A stretch of 64,000 bases of DNA, taken from assembly GCA_964016885.1 (NCBI GenBank), contig OZ024740.1, forward strand, positions 11,036,001 to 11,100,000, written 5' to 3'. Every line of letters starts with the position of its first letter. Position 1 is the first letter of the stretch. The translations under genes were made by a program, and so were the position numbers. Positions 54,301 through 64,000 of this stretch are shown here, in pieces. This DNA is from Eledone cirrhosa. Its lineage: Eukaryota. The notes below the pieces were generated by a model, which made no database searches, was not told the DNA's origin, and was given only the letters and a program-made list of their open reading frames with translations.

Positions 54301-57300
54301 ATGCTTACTTGAGAGGCGCAATGTTGCATGGCTGTGAGACATAGGTGGTAAATGGTAGATTATATGATGCTTACTTGAGAGGTACAATGTTGCATGGCTG
54401 TGACACATTGGTGGTAAATGGTAGATTATATAATGCTTACTTGAGAGGTGCAATGTTGCATGGCTGTGTGACATGGGTGGTAAATGGTAGATTATATGAT
54501 GCTTACTTGAGAGGTGCAATGTTGCATGGCTGTGAGACATAGGTGGTAAATGGTAGATTATATGATGCTTACTTGAGAGGTACAATGTTGCATGGCTGTG
54601 AGACATGGGTGGTAAATGGTAGATTATATGATGCTTACTTGAGAGGTGCAATGTGCATGGCTGTGAGACATAGGTGGTAAATGGTAGATTATATGATGCT
54701 TACTTGAGAGGTACAATGTTGCATGGCTGTGAGACATGGGTGGTAAATGGTAGATTATATGATGCTTACTTGAGAGGTGCAATGTGCATGGCTGTGAGAC
54801 ATGGGTGGTAAATGGTCGATTATATGATGCTTACTTGAGAGGTGCAATGTTGCATGGCTGTGAGACAGGTGGTAAATGGTAGATTATATGATGCTTACTT
54901 GAGAGGTGCAATGTTGCATGGCTATGAGACATGGGTGGTAAATGGTAGATTATATGATGCTTACTTGAGAGGTGCAATGTTGCATGGCTGTGAGACATGG
55001 GTGGTAAATGGTAGATTATATGATGCTTACTTGAGAGGTGCAATGTTGCATGGCTGTGAGACATGGGTGGTAAATGGTAGATTATATGCTGCTTACTTGA
55101 GAGGTACAATGTTGCATGGCTGTGAGACATGGGTGGTAAATGGTAGATTATATGATGCTTACTTGAGAGGTGCAATGTTGTATGGCTGTGAGACATGGGT
55201 GGTAAATGGTAGATTATATGATGCTTACTTGAGAGGTGCAATGTTGCATGGCTGTGAGACATGGGTGGTAAATGGTAGATTATATGATGCTTACTTGAGA
55301 GGTGCAATGTTGCATGGCTGTGAGACATGGGTGGTAAATGGTAGATTATATGATGCTTACTTGAGAGGTGCAATGTTGTATGGCTGTGAGACATGGGTGG
55401 TAAATGGTAGATTATATGATGCTTACTTGAGAGGTACAATGTTGCATGGCTGTGAGACATGGGTGGTAAATGGTAGATTACATGATGCTTACTTGAGAGG
55501 TGTAATGTTGCATGGCTGTGAGACATGGCTGGTAAATGGTAGATTATATGATGCTTACTTGAGAGGTGCAATGTTGCATGGCTGTGAGACATGGGTGGTA
55601 AATGGTAGATTATATGATGCTTACTTGAGAGGTACAATGTTGCATGGCTGTGAGACATGGGTGGTAAATGGTAGATTACATGATGCTTACTTGAGAGGTG
55701 TAATGTTGCATGGCTGTGAGACATGGCTGGTAAATGGTAGATTATATGATGCTTACTTGAGAGGTGCAATGTTGCATGGCTGTGAGACATGGGTGGTAAA
55801 TGGTAGATTATATGATGCTTACTTGAGAGGTGCAATGTTGCATGGCTGTGAGACATGGGTGGTAAATGGTAGATTATATAATGCTTACTTGAGAGGTGCA
55901 ATGTTGCATTGTTGTGAGACATGGGTGGTAAATGGTAGATTATATGATGCTTACTTGAGAGGTGCAATGTTGCATGGCTGTGACACATTGGTGGTAAATG
56001 GTAGATTATATAATGCTTACTTGAGAGGTGCAATGTTGCATGGCTGTGAGACATAGGTGGTAAATTGTAGATTATATGATGCTTACTTGAGAGGTGCAAT
56101 GTTGCATGGCTGTGAGACGTAGGTGGTAAATGGTAGATTATATGATGCTTACTTGAGAGGTGCAATGTTGCATGGCTGTGAGACATGGGTGGTAAATGGT
56201 AGATTATATGATGCTTACTTGAGAGGTGCAATGTTGCATGGCTGTGAGACATGGGTGGTAAATGGTAGATTATATGATGCTTACTTGAGAGGTGCAATGT
56301 TGCATGGCTGTGAGACATGGGTGGTAAATGGTAGATTATATAATGCTTACTTGAGAGGTGCAATGTTGCATGGCTGTGAGACATGGGTGGTAAATGGTAG
56401 ATCATATGCTGCTTACTTGAGAGGTACAATGTTGCATGGCTGTGAGACATGGGTGGTAAATGGTAGATTATATGATGCTTACTTGAGAGGTGCAATGTTG
56501 TATGGCTGTGAGACATGGGTGGTAAATGGTAGATTATATGATGCTTACTTGAGAGGTGCAATGTTGCATGGCTGTGAGACATGGGTGGTAAATGGTAGAT
56601 TATAAAATGCTTACTTGAGAGGTGCAATGTTGCATGGCTGTGAGACATGTGTGGTAAATGGTAGATTTTATGATGCTTACTTGAGAGGTGCAATGTTGCA
56701 TGGCTGTGAGACATGGGTGGTAAATGGTATATTATAAAATGCTTACTTGAGAGGTGCAATGTTGCATGGCTGTGAGACATGTGTGGTAAATGGTAGATTA
56801 TATGATGCTTACTTGAGAGGTGCAATGTTGCATGGCTGTGAGACATGGGTGGTAAATGGTAGATTATATGATGCTTACTTGAGAGGTGCAATGGTGCATG
56901 GCTGTGAGACATAGGTGGTAAATGGTAGATTATATGATGCTTACTTGAGAGGTGCAATGTTGCATTGCTGTGAGACATAGGTTGTAAATGGTAGGTTATA
57001 TGATGCTTACTTGAGAGGCGCAATGTTGCATGGCTGTGAGACATAGGTGGTAAATGGTAGATTATATGATGCTTACTTGAGAGGTACAATGTTGCATGGC
57101 TGTGACACATTGGTGGTAAATGGTAGATTATATAATGCTTACTTGAGAGGTGCAATGTTGCATGGCTGTGTGACATGGGTGGTAAATGGTAGATTATATG
57201 ATGCTTACTTGAGAGGTGCAATGTTGCATGGCTGTGAGACATAGGTGGTAAATGGTAGATTATATGATGCTTACTTGAGAGGTACAATGTTGCATGGCTG

Positions 57301-60300
57301 TGAGACATGGGTGGTAAATGGTAGATTATATGATGCTTACTTGAGAGGTGCAATGTGCATGGCTGTGAGACATAGGTGGTAAATGGTAGATTATATGATG
57401 CTTACTTGAGAGGTACAATGTTGCATGGCTGTGAGACATGGGTGGTAAATGGTAGATTATATGATGCTTACTTGAGAGGTGCAATGTTGCATGGCTGTGA
57501 GACAGGTGGTAAATGGTAGATTATATGATGCTTACTTGAGAGGTGCAATGTTGCATGGCTATGAGACATGGGTGGTAAATGGTAGATTATATGATGCTTA
57601 CTTGAGAGGTGCAATGTTGCATGGCTGTGAGACAGGTGGTAAATGGTAGATTATATGATGCTTACTTGAGAGGTGCAATGTTGCATGGCTATGAGACATG
57701 GGTGGTAAATGGTAGATTATATGATGCTTACTTGAGAGGTGCAATGTTGCATGGCTGTGAGACATGGGTGGTAAATGGTAGATTATATGATGCTTACTTG
57801 AGAGGTGCAATGTTGCATGGCTGTGAGACATGGGTGGTAAATGGTAGATTATATGCTGCTTACTTGAGAGGTACAATGTTGCATGGCTGTGAGACATGGG
57901 TGGTAAATGGTAGATTATATGATGCTTACTTGAGAGGTGCAATGTTGTATGGCTGTGAGACATGGGTGGTAAATGGTAGATTATATGATGCTTACTTGAG
58001 AGGTGCAATGTTGCATGGCTGTGAGACATGGGTGGTAAATGGTAGATTATAAAATGCTTACTTGAGAGGTGCAATGTTGCATGGCTGTGAGACATGTGTG
58101 GTAAATGGTAGATTTTATGATGCTTACTTGAGAGGTGCAATGTTGCATGGCTGTGAGACATAGGTGGTAAATGGTAGATTATAAAATGCTTACTTGAGAG
58201 GTGCAATGTTGCATGGCTGTGAGACATGGGTGGTAAATGGTAGATTATATGATGCTTACTTGAGAGGTGCAATGTTGCATGGCTGTGAGACATGGGTGGT
58301 AAATGGTAGATTATATGATGCTTACTTGAGAGGTGCAATGTTGCATGGCTGTGAGACATGGGTGGTAAATGGTAGATTATATGATGCTTACTTGAGAGGT
58401 GCAATGTTGCATGGCTGTGAGACATGGGTGGTAAATGGTAGATTATATGATGCTTACTTGAGAGGTACAATGTTGCATGGCTGTGAGACATGGGTGGTAA
58501 ATGGTAGATTACATGATGCTTACTTGAGAGGTGTAATGTTGCATGGCTGTGAGACATGGCTGGTAAATGGTAGATTATATGATGCTTACTTGAGAGGTGC
58601 AATGTTGCATGGCTGTGAGACATGGGTGGTAAATGGTAGATTATATGATGCTTACTTGAGAGGTACAATGTTGCATGGCTGTGAGACATGGGTGGTAAAT
58701 GGTAGATTACATGATGCTTACTTGAGAGGTGTAATGTTGCATGGCTGTGAGACATGGCTGGTAAATGGTAGATTATATGATGCTTACTTGAGAGGTGCAA
58801 TGTTGCATGGCTGTGAGACATGGGTGGTAAATGGTAGATTATATAATGCTTACTTGAGAGGTGCAATGTTGCATTGTTGTGAGACATGGGTGGTAAATGG
58901 TAGATTATATGATGCTTACTTGAGAGGTGCAATGTTGCATGGCTGTGAAACATAGGTGGTAAATGGTAGATTATATGATGCTTACTTGAGAGGTGCAATG
59001 TTGCATTGCTGTGAGACATAGGTGGTAAATGGTAGGTTATATGATGCTTACTTGAGAGGCGCAATGTTGCATGGCTGTGAGACATAGGTGGTAAATGGTA
59101 GATTATATGATGCTTACTTGAGAGGTACAATGTTGCATGGCTGTGACACATTGGTGGTAAATGGTAGATTATATAATGCTTACTTGAGAGGTGCAATGTG
59201 CATGGCTGTGAGACATAGGTGGTAAATTGTAGATTATATGATGCTTACTTGAGAGGTGCAATGTTGCATGGCTGTGAGACGTAGGTGGTAAATGGTAGAT
59301 TATATGATGCTTACTTGAGAGGTGCAATGTTGCATGGCTGTGAGACATGGGTGGTAAATGGTAGATTATATGATGCTTACTTGAGAGGTGCAATGTTGCA
59401 TGGCTGTGAGACATGGGTGGTAAATGGTAGATTATATGATGCTTACTTGAGAGGTGCAATGTTGCATGGCTGTGAGACATGGGTGGTAAATGGTAGATTA
59501 TATAATGCTTACTTGAGAGGTGCAATGTTGCATGGCTGTGAGACATGGGTGGTAAATGGTAGATCATATGCTGCTTACTTGAGAGGTACAATGTTGCATG
59601 GCTGTGAGACATGGGTGGTAAATGGTAGATTATATGATGCTTACTTGAGAGGTGCAATGTTGTATGGCTGTGAGACATGGGTGGTAAATGGTAGATTATA
59701 TGATGCTTACTTGAGAGGTGCAATGTTGCATGGCTGTGAGACATGGGTGGTAAATGGTAGATTATAAAATGCTTACTTGAGAGGTGCAATGTTGCATGGC
59801 TGTGAGACATGTGTGGTAAATGGTAGATTTTATGATGCTTACTTGAGAGGTGCAATGTTGCATGGCTGTGAGACATGGGTGGTAAATGGTATATTATAAA
59901 ATGCTTACTTGAGAGGTGCAATGTTGCATGGCTGTGAGACATAGGTGGTAAATGGTAGATTATATGATGCTTACTTGAGAGGTGCAATGTTGCATGGCTG
60001 TGAGACATGGGTGGTAAATGGTAGATTATATGATGCTTACTTGAGAGGTGCAATGTTGCATGGCTGTGAGACATGGGTGGTAAATGGTAGATTATATGAT
60101 GCTTACTTGAGAGGTGCAATGTTGCATGGCTGTGAGACATGGGTGGTAAATGGTAGATTATATGATGCTTACTTGAGAGGTGCAATGTTGCATGGCTGTG
60201 AGACATGGGTGGTAAATGGTAGATTATATGATGCTTACCTGAGAGGGGCAATGTTGCATGGCTGTGAGACATGGGTGGTAAATGGTAGATTATATGATGC

Positions 60301-63300
60301 TTACTTGAGAGGTGCAATGTTGCATGGCTGTGAGACATGGGTGGTAAATGGTAGATTATATAATGCTTACTTGAGAGGTGCAATGTTCCATGGCTGTGAG
60401 ACATGGGTGGTAAATGGTAGATTATATGATGTTTACTTGAGAGGTGCAATGTTGCATGGCTGTGAGACATGGGTGGTAAATGGTAGATTATATAATGCTT
60501 ACTTGAGAGGTGCAATGTTGCATTGCTGTGAGACATGGGTGGTAAATGGTAGATTATATGATGCTTACTTGAGAGGTGCAATGGTGCATGGCTGTGAGAC
60601 ATAGGTGGTAAATGGTAGATTATATGATGCTTACTTGAGAGGTGCAATGTTGCATTGCTGTGAGACATAGGTTGTAAATGGTAGGTTATATGATGCTTAC
60701 TTGAGAGGCGCAATGTTGCATGGCTGTGAGACATAGGTGGTAAATGGTAGATTATATGATGCTTACTTGAGAGGTACAATGTTGCATGGCTGTGACACAT
60801 TGGTGGTAAATGGTAGATTATATAATGCTTACTTGAGAGGTGCAATGTTGCATGGCTGTGTGACATGGGTGGTAAATGGTAGATTATATGATGCTTACTT
60901 GAGAGGTGCAATGTTGCATGGCTGTGAGACATAGGTGGTAAATGGTAGATTATATGATGCTTACTTGAGAGGTACAATGTTGCATGGCTGTGAGACATGG
61001 GTGGTAAATGGTAGATTATATGATGCTTACTTGAGAGGTGCAATGTGCATGGCTGTGAGACATGGGTGGTAAATGGTAGATTATATGATGCTTACTTGAG
61101 AGGTGCAATGTTGCATGGCTGTGAGACGTAGGTGGTAAATGGTAGATTATATGATGCTTACTTGAGAGGTGCAATGTTGCATGGCTGTGAGACATGGGTG
61201 GTAAATGGTCGATTATATGATGCTTACTTGAGAGGTGCAATGTTGCATGGCTGTGAGACAGGTGGTAAATGGTAGATTATATGATGCTTACTTGAGAGGT
61301 GCAATGTTGCATGGCTATGAGACATGGGTGGTAAATGGTAGATTATATGATGCTTACTTGAGAGGTGCAATGTTGCATGGCTGTGAGACATGGGTGGTAA
61401 ATGGTAGATTATATGATGCTTACTTGAGATGTGCAATGTTGCATGGCTGTGAGACATGGGTTGTAAATGGTAGATTATATGCTGCTTACTTGAGAGGTAC
61501 AATGTTGCATGGCTGTGAGACATGGGTGGTAAATGGTAGATTATATGATGCTTACTTGAGAGGTGCAATGTTGTATGGCTGTGAGACATGGGTGGTAAAT
61601 GGTAGATTATAAAATGCTTACTTGAGAGGTGCAATGTTGCATGGCTGTGAGACATGTGTGGTAAATGGTAGATTTTATGATGCTTACTTGAGAGGTGCAA
61701 TGTTGCATGGCTGTGAGACATAGGTGGTAAATGGTAGATTATAAAATGCTTACTTGAGAGGTGCAATGTTGCATGGCTGTGAGACATGGGTGGTAAATGG
61801 TAGATTATATGATGCTTACTTGAGAGGTGCAATGTTGCATGGCTGTGAGACATGGGTGGTAAATGGTAGATTATATGATGCTTACTTGAGAGGTGCAATG
61901 TTGCATGGCTGTGAGACATGGGTGGTAAATGGTAGATTATATGATGCTTACTTGAGAGGTGCAATGTTGCATGGCTGTGAGACATGGGTGGTAAATGGTA
62001 GATTATATGATGCTTACTTGAGAGGTACAATGTTGCATGGCTGTGAGACATGGGTGGTAAATGGTAGATTACATGATGCTTACTTGAGAGGTGTAATGTT
62101 GCATGAATGTGAGACATGGCTGGTAAATGGTAGATTATATGATGCTTACTTGAGAGGTGCAATGTTGCATGGCTGTGAGACATGGGTGGTAAATGGTAGA
62201 TTATATGATGCTTACTTGAGAGGTGCAATGTTGCATGGCTGTGAGACATGGGTGGTAAATGGTAGATTATATAATGCTTACTTGAGAGGTGCAATGTTGC
62301 ATTGTTGTGAGACATGGGTGGTAAATGGTAGATTATATGATGCTTACTTGAGAGGTGCAATGTTGCATGGCTGTGAAACATAGGTGGTAAATGGTAGATT
62401 ATATGATGCTTACTTGAGAGGTGCAATGTTGCATTGCTGTGAGACATAGGTGGTAAATGGTAGGTTATATGATGCTTACTTGAGAGGCGCAATGTTGCAT
62501 GGCTGTGAGACATAGGTGGTAAATGGTAGATTATATGATGCTTACTTGAGAGGTACAATGTTGCATGGCTGTGACACATTGGTGGTAAATGGTAGATTAT
62601 ATAATGCTTACTTGAGAGGTGCAATGTGCATGGCTGTGAGACATGGGTGGTAAATGGTAGATTATATGATGCTTACTTGAGAGGTGCAATGTTGCATGGC
62701 TGTGAGACATGGGTGGTAAATGGTAGATTATATGATGCTTACTTGAGAGGTGCAATGTTGCATGGCTGTGAGACATGGGTGGTAAATGGTAGATTATATG
62801 ATGCTTACTTGAGAGGTGCAATGTTGCATGGCTGTGAGACATGGGTGGTAAATGGTAGATTATATGATGCTTACCTGAGAGGGGCAATGTTGCATGGCTG
62901 TGAGACATGGGTGGTAAATGGTAGATTATATGATGCTTACTTGAGAGGTGCAATGTTGCATGGCTGTGAGACATGGGTGGTAAATGGTAGATTATATAAT
63001 GCTTACTTGAGAGGTGCAATGTTCCATGGCTGTGAGACATGGGTGGTAAATGGTAGATTATATGATGCTTACTTGAGAGGTGCAATGTTGCATGGCTGTG
63101 AGACATGGGTGGTAAATGGTAGATTATATAATGCTTACTTGAGAGGTGCAATGTTGCATTGCTGTGAGACATGGGTGGTAAATGGTAGATTATATGATGC
63201 TTACTTGAGAGGTGCAATGGTGCATGGCTGTGAGACATAGGTGGTAAATGGTAGATTATATGATGCTTACTTGAGAGGTGCAATGTTGCATTGCTGTGAG

Positions 63301-63680
63301 ACATAGGTTGTAAATGGTAGGTTATATGATGCTTACTTGAGAGGCGCAATGTTGCATGGCTGTGAGACATAGGTGGTAAATGGTAGATTATATGATGCTT
63401 ACTTGAGAGGTACAATGTTGCATGGCTGTGACACATTGGTGGTAAATGGTAGATTATATAATGCTTACTTGAGAGGTGCAATGTTGCATGGCTGTGTGAC
63501 ATGGGTGGTAAATGGTAGATTATATGATGCTTACTTGAGAGGTGCAATGTTGCATGGCTGTGAGACATAGGTGGTAAATGGTAGATTATATGATGCTTAC
63601 TTGAGAGGTACAATGTTGCATGGCTGTGAGACATGGGTGGTAAATGGTAGATTATATGATGCTTACTTGAGAGGTGCAAT
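51070..63680 (+). repeat. Copy 2 of the ~12.7-kb block
   Basis: ORFs 51523, 53263, 54345, 59169, 61016 and 62597 mirror 34056, 35796, 36878, 41768, 43615 and 45262. Confidence 0.85.
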
Positions 63681-64000
63681 GTGCATGGCTGTGAGACATG
63701 GGTGGTAAATGGTAGATTATATGATGCTTACTTGAGAGGTGCAATGTTGCATGGCTGTGAGACGTAGGTGGTAAATGGTAGATTATATGATGCTTACTTG
63801 AGAGGTGCAATGTTGCATGGCTGTGAGACATGGGTGGTAAATGGTCGATTATATGATGCTTACTTGAGAGGTGCAATGTTGCATGGCTGTGAGACAGGTG
63901 GTAAATGGTAGATTATATGATGCTTACTTGAGAGGTGCAATGTTGCATGGCTATGAGACATGGGTGGTAAATGGTAGATTATATGATGCTTACTTGAGAG

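Larger units (their letters stand above)
867..64000 (+). repeat. 66-bp tandem satellite array (~957-960 monomers in the window, head-to-tail, single orientation, runs off the right edge), derived from LINE ORF2 sequence
   Basis: Consensus GGTAGATTATATGATGCTTACTTGAGAGGTGCAATGTTGCATGGCTGTGAGACATGGGTGGTAAAT (22 G, 21 T, 17 A, 6 C; 42% GC). 63134/66 = ~957. Most monomers carry 0-3 differences from the consensus. I saw no foreign insertion or inversion by eye. Confidence 0.99.

Noticed and set aside
861-63570. Plus-strand (GRLYDAYLRGAMLHGCETWVVN)n ORFs as beta-propeller/tectonin-like repeat proteins or a functional RT
   Set aside because: Frequent TAG/TAA stops interrupt them. The motif is better explained as a LINE ORF2 fragment, and no RT catalytic or endonuclease domain is present.
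661-63876. His-rich minus-strand ORFs (up to 1015 aa) as a real repeat-protein gene
   Set aside because: They are antisense to LINE-derived sequence and are repeatedly broken by 1-, 2- and 23-bp deletions that were themselves amplified. They have no unique domains or gene structure.
867-64000. CRISPR array
   Set aside because: The whole 66 bp is repeated, with no unique spacers, no leader and no cas genes.

Overview
Eukaryotic repetitive DNA with no supportable protein-coding gene. Three parts: (1) 1-~715, a degenerate (GAT/GGT/TAG)n trinucleotide microsatellite; (2) ~724-866, ~140 bp of unique sequence that translates, with two frameshifts and one stop, into a decayed RTE-clade LINE ORF2 fragment just C-terminal of the reverse transcriptase core (KVVGSFCYLR/DLISTENTVAKIRTV*KKFRDLLPLLITDKG/FSVQVKG...); (3) 867-64000+, a head-to-tail satellite of about 957-960 copies of a 66-bp monomer (GGTAGATTATATGATGCTTACTTGAGAGGTGCAATGTTGCATGGCTGTGAGACATGGGTGGTAAAT). 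The monomer translates as GRLYDAYLRGAMLHGCETWVVN, the direct in-frame continuation of that LINE fragment. The window therefore appears to capture the edge and probable birthplace of a LINE-derived satellite. Shared diagnostic variants reveal nested higher-order duplications of 198, 858, 966, 989, ~2945 and ~2965 bp, plus a ~17.4-kb and an ~18.5-kb offset, and position-restricted variant layers. The ORFs in the track are artefacts of a 22-codon monomer with one open frame per strand. The RTE assignment and a cephalopod-like host are recognised from memory, not from a database search.
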